From the NCBI GenBank assembly GCA_043228905.1, contig JBHGNT010000012.1:16430001-16494000 (forward strand): a stretch of 64,000 nt of DNA, written 5' to 3'. The notes under the pieces are model-generated. The model was given only the letters and a program-made list of their open reading frames with translations. It was not told where the DNA came from and did no database searches. Shown here piece after piece: positions 9,201 to 20,947 of this stretch. The translations under genes were made by a program, and so were the position numbers. Numbering within the stretch: the first letter of the stretch is position 1; each line of letters opens with the position of its first letter. Source of the DNA: Azolla caroliniana (taxonomy: Eukaryota > Plantae > Polypodiophyta).

Positions 9201-10602
9201 AAGTTACACCTTTCTTTGCCTACACCGGCAACCACCCTCGATGGTGTATACTGGATCTTCCCGAGGTGTCACGAAACCCTAGTGCGGCGCATCACCTCCA
9301 CCGACTGTTGAGAACTAGACTTTCCTTATGTCCGACGCTCGGCCTCAACCAAGATTCTTTTCATACACAGAAAAACAGGTAATGAAAACGCGACACAAAA
9401 GAGGAGAAATGGTACACAGGAGGTATACGTGGAAAACCCCAAACTAGGGGAAAAAACCATGGCAGCCCACAAGCTGCAAACTGTCACTATGCAGAAATAT
9501 ACAACAGTGAGATCACTGAGGCAACGACCTCGTGCTCTCAGATCTTCGCCACGGGCGGCGGTTACAAAGAGGCAACGACCTCGTCTCTCTCTCTCTCTCT
9601 CTGTACAGTTACGCGCTCTAATTTCTTCTTGCACCAACAAGGAAGAATGATAATACACAAGAATGACAACACACACGCCAAACTAAGAGTTTGCCCTAAG
9701 TCATATTTATACTAATATGACTTTTCGGCTATTTACAAATGTAGCCTCGATGGGCTCCATCCGGCTCTCCGTAGTCGGGTACTCCTCATCCGGTTCATAC
9801 CGGGCCTACACCATCCGACTCTCCGAAGTCGGGTACTCCTCATCCGGTTCATACCGGGCCTACACCATCCGACTCTCCGAAGTCGGGTTCTCCCCATTCG
9901 GTTCATACCGTTTCGGCCGAGGCCTGTCGGCCTCGGCCGAGTTTGTTCGTCGGCACTATTCTTCTTCCTTCCCATCCGGAGGGACCTGTCTACCAACACC
10001 GACTACAACAAATCCAGTTAGAGTTATCGTCACATCTTCAGAAAGCGCAAGCACACCATAAGACCAATGCCGATCGACATTGTCTTAAGTCTCCGTTTAA
10101 GGTTGGTGACCGTGTATGGTTGCTTCGTCGTCACATCAAGACTACCCGACCGTGTGCTAAGCTTGACTATCAACGCTTAGGTCCTTTTGTCATCACGGCG
10201 CAGATTAATGATGCAACATTTCGTCTTAACCTTCCTGCACATATGCGGCTTCACCCTGTCTTTCATAGCTCTCTTTTGGAACCTTGCCACACCTCTTTAA
10301 TTCCTGATCGTGTCGTGCCACCACCACCTTCTGTACAACTTGTGGACGGCCCCGAATACGAGGTAGCTGCTATTCTTGATTCTAAGATTGTGCGCAATAA
10401 GCTTTATTATCTAGTTGATTGGCTTGGTTATCCTCCGAGTGATCGCACTTGGGAACCCATCGATAACGTTTGTAATGTTGAAGCTCTGGTCAACGACTTC
10501 CATCGTCACTATCCAAACAAGCCCGGCCCAACAATGTTAACGCCGACTTCCACTCGGCGTTCTCGAAGGTGGGATAGTGTCATGAACACATGCCCATTAT
10601 AG
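6228..10602 (+). pseudogene. pol: Pol of G: protease, RT, RNase H, integrase and chromodomain; frameshifted near 8070 and 8350 and split by a solo LTR
   Basis: ALLDTGAN; YLDDLLIYS; IEADASDFALG; HCHD...CDTC; ISMDFI; HPQTDGQTE; GPF; YEVAAILDS...YLVDWLGYPPSDRTWEP. Confidence 0.95.
9306..9998 (-). mobile_element. Ty1/Copia-type solo LTR inserted in the integrase of G
   Basis: TGTTG...CAACA, TSD CCGAC (9301-9305, 9999-10003). Integrase reads through when it is removed. Minus-strand TATA and GGGTTTTCCACGTA motif shared with the LTRs at 20210 and 63218; 51-bp internal tandem repeats at about 9757-9910. Confidence 0.85.
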
Positions 10603-10986
10603 CGTCACCCGGACTTGAACCTCGAACCTTGTAATTCATACTTGAAAACCTCAACCATTAAGATAGCTTATTGTTATATGAAACAATAAAAGCTACTTCT
10701 TGTATTACATTGATTATTGTAAAAACTCTAGATTATTCTAGAATGTTCTAGAATGTCCTAGAGCATTCTAGGTCTAGAACATTCTAGAACATTCTAGAAA
10801 TCTCTAAGCTATTCTATAGGAACCTATAAATAAGCGCATACATGTATTCTCAAATCAATTCGAATCAACACCAGTCTTTAGCTCTCATTACATATCTTGT
10901 ATCCATTCTCTTTCTTTCTCTATCTTATACATCCATTCTTCTCTATCCTTCTTCCATCACTCTATCTTTTATCCTTGGTTCTGACA
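10578..10986 (+). repeat. 3' LTR of G
   Basis: Direct repeat of 4552-4960, preceded by PPT GAAGGTGGGATAG. Confidence 0.95.
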
Positions 10987-12588
10987 TATGGCACATCTCC
11001 AGTAAAGACAATGCCATGGCCGACATGCTTTCTAGAGGACAGTTCGACGACAAGGACGGCATGGTTTCGAAGGACGAAGAAGTCGGGGTAGACTTTGTCG
11101 AGTCGGCGTACGTGACGACAAGGGCAGGGAGCACTCCGCTGCTTAACGAGTTCACGAGGGGGAGTACTATGAGGAGTCGCTCTAGATCGGTAGGTTCCTG
11201 AAAACAATGGCGCTAGACGCGACATGGACAAGGGAAGAGGCTAGCCGGGTGCGGAAGAAGGCGTACCGTTTCTTCCTGCGGGACGGCAGCATATGGAGGC
11301 ACCCGAAGAAGCGAGGCGGCGTCCCACTCCACATAGTGGCAGGAAAGGCAGAGCGAATGGGGTTGCTAACAGCGTACCACAAGAGTGCCTGGGCCGGACA
11401 TCGTGGGACATGGGGCACGTTCGAGAAGTTGAAGGAGAAGTATTGGTGGTCGGGGTTTTACCAGGATGTGCACCGATTCGTAACAACATGCGAAAACTGT
11501 CAGATGCACTCCGCGATCCGACATCGAGACGAGTTGCACCCAACCTACCCGCCGACCGTTCATTTCAAGTGGATGGTAGACTTAGTGACGATGCCAATGG
11601 GGGTAGGGCAGATGCAGTACCTAGTACTTGCGTGAGAGGACTTGACGAATCAGGTGGAGGGCCGCGCATTGCCGAACAAGACAACTACAACCGTATGTTG
11701 GTTCCTAATCGAAGAGGTGGTATGCCGGTACGGGTGCATAGGAAATATAGTAGTTGACCAGGGAGAGCTGGATGCGCAGGAAGGCGAAGAGTTGTTCGAC
11801 CGATTAGAGGTTAAGCTCTCCCTCACTACGGCGTACAACCCGGAGGCTAACGAGAAGGTAGAGCGCAGGCACAAGCCGATCATGAAGGTGTTAGTACACG
11901 CGTGTGAAGGTCAAGTTGAGAGTTGGCCGAGGCTCCTACCTTACGCACTACGGGGGGACCGAACTATGCACAGTTCAGTGACCGGGTTCATGCCGGCGGA
12001 GCTGATGTACGGGCAGAAGCCGATCATGTTGATGGAACAGACGATTTCTTCTTGGGCCACGGTGGACTGGAAAGATGAGATTAGCCGACAGGAGCTGTTG
12101 GCAACACAGATTCGACAACTCGAGCGAAGACCGGAGGACGTGGAACAGGCTAAGGCAAAGTTGCACACGACGAGGATGAGGAACAAGGGCCGGTTCGACC
12201 GAACGCACCGGCTACAGCCGAAGAAGATCGAGGAAGGTGACTAGGTGCTAGTTTATGATAGCAGCCTCGACAATCAACACAAGGCGACGCAGAAGTTTGC
12301 GAGGAGGTGGTTCGGGCCCTACACTGTAACGAGCGCAAACGACAATGGTACTTACCACCTTGCGGTGCTCGACGGGATGCGTATAGTGGGTCCGGTAGCC
12401 AGGAAGAGGATCAAGGCTTTCAAGGAGCGGCATGAAGACAAGTCGGGCTTGGGAAGCGAGGACGACGATGACAACCGGTTCGGAGCAGGTGAAGTTTCGG
12501 AGAGCGACGGGTGAATACGAACCGGGTTTCTCCAACACTTGTCCCTCTCTAGCGCATGCCGGAAGATGCGTGGTTTGGTGGGGGTGGA

Positions 12589-13310
12589 TGTCATGGAGAA
12601 ACCCGGCTTTAGGCGAAATCGGTGAAAAAGGTGTATGAACCGGCCCTTACACGCGGGCACAAGTATTGATAAGGTGTACATAACTAGGAATAGGCCGGCT
12701 GATGCAAATATACTAGGTAGTATAGATTTAATAGGCTAGTAAATCGAAACGGATCTCTGTCCGAAGGGACAGAGAGTAAAAGTGATGTGACCCAGATGTA
12801 ACGGTCCTTCCTCAACGGCCTATAAAAGGGAAGGGGAGACGGCCGAAAAAATATCGCGTTTTGGCGAGGACGAGGTGTTGTCGGACTGGGAACCGATCTC
12901 TCTCCTCCTCTATCGTTGTGAGTTGGTTGCCTCTGCTTCGAGGAAACCCGTGTGCTTGCCGGCAAAGGCTCTACTCTGTGTGTGTGTGGGTGTGTGATTG
13001 TCCGGGTTGGGTCTGTCGCCAGCTATCTAGCTGTAATCTTGCTAACATTGTAACCTTTACTGTTATTGGAATTGGATCTCTTGTTTCTGTCTTTGTGTTT
13101 CTATGAGTCTCTCTTTTACGCGGGTATGCATCTTGTTCAGATACACATTAGTGGTTCATTCAGCCGGCAAGCGTTGTCTGTTGCAAACGGGCCTAACTGG
13201 TCCTACGCTTGCACTCTTCTCCCGATCCGCTTTCTTCTCTCTCTTGCTCCTCGGTTCAGGGCCCCAGCGGTCCTGCCTTATTTCCTACGCGAAAGCGGAA
13301 CAACATGACA
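12589..13310 (+). repeat. 3' LTR of element C
   Basis: Perfect 7-bp inverted termini TGTCATG...CATGACA, after a G-rich PPT; TATAAAAG near 12820. Confidence 0.8.
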
Positions 13311-13315
13311 ACGCT

Positions 13316-16300
13316 AAGAAGTTTATTCTTGAATTAAGATCGTGTTCTACGGCTAAGTGACACCGATCATTTCGTTACAGGGCACTGATTGCAGAGCCAA
13401 TCTCGTGCACTTTCTGTTTTTCCACCACGTACCACAACCCCTTGATCCGATTTCCGAAAGGACAATCGATGGTGTTGCTTCTGAAGAAGGGGACAACACA
13501 ATTTGGCACGCCCCATTCACATTGTTCATCATAGCGAACAAACGTCGATGGACACCCCCAATCGCCATTACGATGCCCATCCCGTCTTACCCACGCTTGG
13601 CTCACATCCCACCACGCCGAGCCAGACAAGGATACCGTGAACTTTGCGATCACTCAACAATCATCACCCAAAACCCCAGAATCGCACCCCTCACCAGTCA
13701 GCCCCGACACACAATCACATACCGGCCCTGAACTCACAACTCCTCCGAGTCCGCCGGCAGTCTCTCAACAATCCGAGTTCAACCCCTTCCCGACCCTACC
13801 AGATGACCCAAATCTCGACACAATGTCGTACCACTCCTATACCCACTACACGGATGGTCGTAACACGGAATCTCACATCCGCTTTTTTCTCTCCACGTGG
13901 CAAGCCAACCATTCTACGACGTGGCTCACCGCTAAGGAGATAGACGCCTCCAAAATCGCGGAATTTACCCTTTCAATAGACAGTCCCACTACATGGTGGT
14001 ATTTTCGCCACGATCTGGGGGAGTTTACCACATTCCAAGATGTCCACACACAATTTCTAGAGTTATTCCACTAGGAGATTCCTAAGCATGAACTGCTCCG
14101 CCAGTTCTATACCATTGCCCAGGGACCCAATGAAACGGTTTCCCTGTTTACCATCCGATTCGAGCATCGAACGGATTGGGACGACAAATTACACATCGCA
14201 TTGTAGGCTTACCTACTGTGTTCAAGACCAGCATTAGGTCCACACCGTTTTGACTAGCTTTTGAATTGGAAGTCGTGATGTCAATTGAGTTCCAAGTTCC
14301 GAGTCTTTGGGTGCAAATAACCGAAAGATTGTCCAAATCCGAGTCAGAACGACAATGAATGAAACAACTACTCGAACTTGGGGAAGAACGCATCGCTAGT
14401 TTCGCCCAATTGGAACACGGCCAATGGAGATGGAAAGCTTTTGTAGATCAACATCGCCGTGATCCCGAAAAATCTTTCGAAATCGACCAACCAATCCTAG
14501 TGTTCCAAACATGACTAGGTGCAATTCCGAGAAAACTTCGGTTCCGGTGGACGAGACCATTTTGGATTATTGACACTTTCAACGACACGTTCCAGCTCGG
14601 CACACTGGCCAGGGAGACATTGAAGAATTGGGTCAACGGATTTCGGTTGAAACCGTACCGCGGGCACACACCACCGAACCCCTTTGGCAAAGACGAGCAC
14701 GGTCAGGACCAGCCAGTGGTAGGTGAAACTAAGAAGGTCGGGGGCAACATGACCCAATCACGGTAAAGTCGTACCTACTTCGTTATGAAAAAAAAAAAGA
14801 CCCACTCACTATTTAAAGGCCATGCATGCCATACGAAAAAAGCAAGTACTAATGGTTCACACGATGTGTCGTCCTTAACTCCCAGTATGGCAAGGAAGAT
14901 TCTAAATCTAGGGCATAGGGCCACGACTCAAGAATGAAGGCACAGGTATAAGAGGGGCACACACAGAAAGAGCTATCATTTTCACAAAGAAGCCCAAGCT
15001 CTCTCATCTTCTGCTCAAACTCCCTCTTGCTCCCAGACTCCGTACACCCAAGCGCTTTCGCAATCTCTGTCTCCTCACCCCCATCCTTGCTCACCTTCTT
15101 GCTTTTCGGACACAACCATGACGATCGAAGTATCCACCAAACTCTGCACTTGGCTCAGCAGGCATGGCTTGGGAGGATACCTCCGTGTCCTTGACACTGC
15201 TCCACACCCTGAAGCGTAGGCAGTAGCCAAGGAGTCGGAAGCCGAACTACAGAAACTGCTCCACGATCAGACGGACCACCTCCAAGAGATCGAAAACAAA
15301 GCCTCAACATCTATTAAGTCTATATAGGACATCGTTGCCGCACAAGTTGCATCTCTAAACAAGGAGCTCATGGAATGATGAGTACACTCTAGTTAGTTCC
15401 TGCAACAATTGGACCAAACCGAGCAGGAGTGATGCCAAATGGTGGACTCCCTTCATGAACATCAAATGAACTCAACATTGGAACTCAAAGCACAACACAA
15501 GCAGTATTTGAAGGAATCCGCCGACAGCACAGATCATCTCCTCCGCCGGTTCGACCAATTAACAGTCGAAACGGGGGCAAGGATCGCCGCCCTCAACACA
15601 TCGTGCGAGATCATCACATGCAAATTGCAACGGGAGGCGGAAGAAGCTAAAAGAGAGACGGATGCACTCCAAGCCAAGTACAACATTCGTGACGAATGAA
15701 TCCATGCTCTGGTGGTTAAACAATGACAGAAGGTCAACCGGAAGGTCGAAGAAACTCTCTCTAATGGCTGGAAGGAATGGTCGGCTCAAGCTGCCACTTT
15801 CTAGGTGTTACGGGCTGACGCCAAGAATCGTAAGAAAGAAGGTCGCGGGTTCTACAAAATGGACAAAAATAGTATACAAATGGTCTTGAAGACCTCACCA
15901 AGGACTTCCAAGCCTTGGCAAAAACGCACACCACGACAATCGAAAGCCTCCTTGAGGAATTCAACGACGACCAATTGTTGCTTATGCTAGGAACCGAATG
16001 GGCCTTCATGGAGATGGCATGACAACCAAACCACGAAGAGGAAGCCCCCCCACCCCACCGGCAACGAGGCCAACTATCAACCACGAGCCTGATTTCTCGA
16101 CTGAGTAGACCCCACAGAATGAGCTGGAACCTGCTATCCCAGCGGCTACGACGGAGGAACCAATCGTGCACCCAACCTCCGAAGGCATCCTCGACATTTT
16201 GACCGAGGAATGAGTGTATTTTTTGCGAATTTTTTTCCGATAATGGTGGGTTCGACATGCGAAGGCACTGTCCCACGAGTGTGCCAGGTGTTGTCTGTGC

Positions 16301-16545
16301 GCCAATTTTATATATTAGGTGTGAAACGAATCTAGAGGTAGACAAAGTAGGTGAAGTAACCGTAATCAAAAACATACAACCAAATGAACGCATTTGCAAT
16401 ACGTGCAGTCGAAAACGATGGAAGACTGAAGCACGCCAAGCGGGAAAAGGAAAAGCTATAAAACGTAAAGGAGAAATGAAAGGAAGGGAGCAGACAGAGG
16501 AGAGAGGAAGTCCCCCTAGCTAGAATAGGATACTATAAGCATCTG
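13316..16545 (+). mobile_element. Element D: internally deleted non-chromovirus Gypsy related to A/B (end of 5' LTR, PBS, gag, integrase C-terminus, 3' ORF, truncated 3' LTR)
   Basis: 5' LTR ends GACAACA at 13498; PBS TGGCACGCCC at 13504. Gag (13573-14160) aligns with B gag, then jumps to integrase (STPF..AFELEVV, KLRFRWTRPFWI, WVNGFRLKPY). 3' LTR starts TGTTGTC at 16289. Confidence 0.8.
15118..16210 (+). pseudogene. Extra 3' ORF of element D (coiled-coil, homologous to the ORF at 1-860)
   Basis: Shared motif WSAQAATF.VLRADAKNRKKEGRGFYKMDKNSIQMV vs WATQAAELHTYRADWENRRKSGRGFYKLNEESIAAV; multiple stops. Confidence 0.7.
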
Positions 16546-17850
16546 ATCATACTTTTGTGTCCCCGAAACAGGCTTTAAACTCCCTAATAAAATCCTCAAA
16601 ATTATTTAGCAATGGAGACCCTTGTTCTAACAAAGGAGTGACCAATGCCAAAATTTTGCCACTAAGCAACGTGCCTACTAGTCCCACTCGTGATGCATCG
16701 GTGGGATATTGGGAAGGATGCATTTGAATCACGAGACGTACCTAATTAAGCAATCCTCTGAATTGTGATCGCATTCCATCAAATTTTGTAGGAAGACCGA
16801 TCTTGGGTTCTTTATGAATTCCTTGAGTACTTGGTGTCATGAACATCGACTTGAATTTTAGCCTTAGGTTCTTGTATATATATATTTCTCCTAGACAAAC
16901 TTTAGATTTTAAACCTTTGTATAAAGAGTGGTATATAAGACTGAGCATGTAAGACTCAGTATGTTTGGCATGCCAGAATTAGTATGCTTGATATTATAGT
17001 ATGTAAGACTTGGCATGAGAATGTTTATCATGCTTCACTACATGTATAAAAATGGTTTATCTCCCTTGTTAACATCAAGGAAATCAACACCAGTCATGGA
17101 ATAAATATTCTTACTCGTTTTCAACAACTTCCCCATCTCTTTATCTTCCAATTGTTCATCCGTGACAGATTGATTTCCTTCCTTCCTTTTCTTCTTCTTC
17201 AATACACTCTCATGTCAGAATCATCTAGTAACCTTGAGCAAATTTTGGCAGTCTTGCAACAACTCCAACATGAGAATGCCAACTTGCGAAATTCCGTCCA
17301 AGAACTTTAGGCAGCCACAACGGTCATACCTCACCCGATTATTGACCCTTCTACGACAAAACCCAATGTTAGCTTGTGTAATAAATTCAATGGAACAAGG
17401 TCATGGTTAAGACGCTTTATCAACCAGATCCGCCTTATTATTCGCCTTCAGCCCCGACGCTATTCTGATGACTTTCGACGAGTCAGGCTCATCGGCAATT
17501 GCTGACAAGACAAGCCCAAGCTTGGTTTGCCCCTCTGGTGGAGACCTCTTCGCCCCTCTTGACCGACTTCCAAGCATTTCTTACCAAATTCGAAGCAACT
17601 TTCGGGGAGACCGACAAACAACAAGCTGCACTAAACAAATTATATGCATTACAACGAGGAGAACATGCGGCATCAATCTATGCATGTGAGGGATGGACAG
17701 GCCCTCCTCGATCAATTCTGTCAAGGATTAACATGTGAGATAAAAAATCTTTTGCTTAACTTTCCTAAGCCACATCTTTGAATGAGGCTATTTCCCAAGT
17801 TGTGCGCTGCGATAACTATCTCTTTGAGTTTCGGCAAGAGGAATGTCCTC

Positions 17851-18710
17851 ACCGGCCGGTAAGCAAATCGGAACTGGCCGGAAAGCAAACCTGAACCGGT
17901 TGGTAAGCAAATCAGAACTGGTCGGTAAGCAAACCGGAATCGGCCGGTAATCAAATTGAAACCAGGGAAACCGGAAATCAGATGGAGTAGGAAACCGGGC
18001 GAAGCCAATAACCGGAAACCCGCGACCGCACGAGGCTGGATGCGGACCGGACGGATTGGATGGGCGGTGATCGACGAACGCATGATAGGATCATGTGGCC
18101 AATTAAAGTAAAGTAAAGAAAGCTAAAGTAAAGGTCATCTAGACAGTCGCATGCAACTAAAAGAAAAAGTCATGCAACTAAAAATGGATGCAACTAAAAG
18201 TAGAGGCCATGCAACTAAAAGTGGACATGCAAAGTAACATGGAAGGCTATGACCAAGGGAGAACTCCATATATATTCCATTTTTTTCCTACACTCATTCT
18301 CTCTCCATTTATTTTTCTTTTCCTTCTCGGTTCCCTTATCTTATGGAAACCATAACTCTCATAAACCCTAAATTTCCTTACGGAAGCCATAAACCCTAAA
18401 TTTCCTTACAGAAGCCATAAACCCTAATTTTCCCTACGGAAGCCATATCTCTCAAAATCTAAAATCTCTTATCAAAGCCAAAAACCCTAAATTTCTATTG
18501 AATCCATATTTAGTTTCTTCTAATCTATTATTCTAGAAATCTCCATAAGCTAAACTTTTGTAATCCCAATCTTGGGATTAATTGTAATCTTTCTTTCTAT
18601 TTGTTAATGAAATTTGTCAATCTTTCTTATTTCGATTAATTCTTAGTACATAAACACACGAATTTGATATTCTCTGGTCGGAGGCCCCGGGGTCCTGCCT
18701 CAAGTTCACG
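17851..18710. mobile_element. Unclassified ~860-bp LTR-like insertion in gag of E
   Basis: Flanked by a TGTCCTC direct repeat (17844-17850, 18711-18717); gag frame resumes after removal. Contains 22-bp and ~28-bp tandem repeats and a TATA-like motif. Confidence 0.6.
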
Positions 18711-20209
18711 TGTCCTCGTCGTATTTTCGCGACATCATGGATTGGCAATCTCGCTCCATCAACTTCACCTCGAATTCTCGCCCACAAGTGATTGCTTCCA
18801 CTCTTCTTCGAGCCAATGCTCCGCCATTTGTTTGGACACCTACTCCGGCGAGGACCACATCAACGGTTGCTCCGATTCCCATTTCTACTCCGATGAGGAC
18901 CACGTTAGTGGTCGCTCCGATTCCCGTTTCTGCTCCGGTGAGGACTGCGTCAACGGTTGCTGCCACTCATGTTTTGGAGGCAACTCCCATTTCTACTCCG
19001 ATGAGGACCAAGTTAGTGGTTGCTCCCATTTCCTCTTCCGCGAGAACCATGTCAACGGTTACTCCAATAGAAACAACATCGATAGTTACTCCCGCTTCGG
19101 CCTCATAAACAGTTTCCACTCTTGCTCTGGTAAGTGATACTGTGTTGATTGCATCCATTTCTGATTCTAAGGACATGGCGGTCATATCCACTCCATACAT
19201 TGCCCTATGTACTAGCTCTTTTCCATCAAAATACAATGACTTCTCTGATGTATTTTAGAAGAAAAATGTTGATCGTCTGCTTGAACATCACCCATACAAT
19301 TGTCCAATTGACTTGAAAGATGGTGCTTGTCCTCCTTTTGGCCCTATCTATGGGTTATCTGAACCTGAACTCAAGGCCCTCAAAATATACATTGAAGAGA
19401 ATCTCACAAAGGGATTCATTCGCCACTCAAAATCTCCAACTGGCTCTCCTATCCTATTTGTCAAAAAGAAAGATGGAATGTTATGCTTATGTATCGACTA
19501 TCGCGGGCTCAATCGAGTCACTATTCGAAACCGTTATCCACTACCTCTAATCCCCGAACTCCTCAACCGACTTCAGGCTGGGTGTATATTCTCCAAAATC
19601 AATCTCAAAGGTGCCTACAACTTGGTGTGTATCAAGCCTAGAGATGAGTGGAAAACGGCATTTCGAACTAGGTACGAGCATTTTGAATACACGGTAATAC
19701 CATTTGGTCTCACAAATGCTCCTGCGGTTTTTCAACATATGATGAATGATATCTTCTGAGAATATCTGGACCAATTTGTGGTCATCTATCTCGACGACAT
19801 ACTTATCTTCTCACAGGACTACATAGAGCACACCAAGCACGTCCGACTTATGCTATCCAAACTTCGGGAACATGGACTTTATGCAAAACCTGAGAAGTGT
19901 GAGTTTGATCGAACCTCAATTGAATTCCTCGGGTATGTTATTTCATCTAATGGTCTCACTATGGACAAGAAGAAAGTCGCAATGGTTCAAGAGTGGGAAG
20001 TCCCCACCAAGGTCAAGGATGTGCAATCGTTTTTGGGTTTTGCCAACTTCTATCATTGATTCATTCAAGGATTCTCTACATTGGCGCAACACCTTATAGC
20101 ACTCACTCGAAAGGATTCTCCTTTTTGCTGGACTCCTACAAACCAACTGGCAATCAAGACACTAAAGAAAGATTTTACCTCGCCTCCAGTACTTCTACAC
20201 CCAGATCTA

Positions 20210-20478
20210 TGTTGCGAAATCGATGTGAAATAGACCACAATAAACGAACTACGCACTGAAATACGATTTACAAAAATGCCAGAAAGACAAGATAAATAGA
20301 AGTATACACAGAGATTTACGTGGAAACCCTAAAACGGGGAAAACCATGAGTGAACAGAATCTTCACTATACAAAGTGGATATACAGCACCGAGAAAAATA
20401 CAACACTCTGTCGAGTGTATCAACCGCACAGGGCTCTTCGCGTCTGTTGTTACTCACACAGCTATGGCGCGGCTCACA

Positions 20479-20513
<35 letters not shown>

Positions 20514-20947
20514 GCACACTACAACTACAGTTTTTGCTCTATTTGTCACAATTCTGCAGACATAAAGTTAGCCCTAGTTGTATATATACTTACACAACTT
20601 TCTGGCTATTTATATACGTAGCCCTCATGGGGCGCACACTTAGACTATTTACAATTATAGTCTCCCAAGTTGGCTATTTACACGATTTCGGTTTCAGCAT
20701 CGGCCTATCGGCCTCGGCCGAGTCCCTCATCAACTCGGCTCCTTTCTCTCCCCGTCCTGAGAGACTTGTTTCCTAACATCATCATTATTATTACCATAAT
20801 AATAATAGTCGAATTCTCAAACAGTCGACTCACTGTTTTCGACTCTTCGACTGTCGGCTTTCCGAACAATCGAATCTTCCCTATCATCGATTGTCGGCTT
20901 TCCGATCAGTCGGTTCTTCCTCCCACTGGAGGGACATATTCCCAACA
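20210..20947 (-). mobile_element. Ty1/Copia-type solo LTR inserted at the RT/RNase H junction of E
   Basis: TGTTG...CAACA; TSD ATCTA/ATCTG (1 mismatch); LLHPDL|TKPFTIKTDASDF is restored on removal; highly similar to 63218-63667. Confidence 0.85.

Larger units (their letters stand above)
4552..10986 (+). mobile_element. Element G: full-length Tcn1-like chromovirus (Ty3/Gypsy), young but mutated
   Basis: 409-bp LTRs at 4552-4960 and 10578-10986 (about 5 substitutions by eye); TSD TATGG at 4547-4551 and 10987-10991; domain order gag-PR-RT-RH-INT-chromodomain. Confidence 0.95.
4021..13310 (+). mobile_element. Element C: 3' half of a degenerate Ty3/Gypsy (RT-end/RNase H, integrase, 3' LTR), interrupted by A and G and inserted in the 5' LTR of D
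   Basis: RNase H-like ITVDTSPTGIGW...IIETDCLP at 4030-4551 continues across G as WHISSKDNAMADMLSR at 10987. Integrase has HHCC (WAGHRG..CENCQ), WMVDLV, IVVD and YNPEANEKVE. PPT GGTGGGGGTGGA precedes the LTR. Confidence 0.85.

Noticed and set aside
9757-9910. CRISPR-like array (also 17851-17960 and 29115-29259)
   Set aside because: Head-to-tail repeats without unique spacers, in a eukaryotic context with no cas genes.
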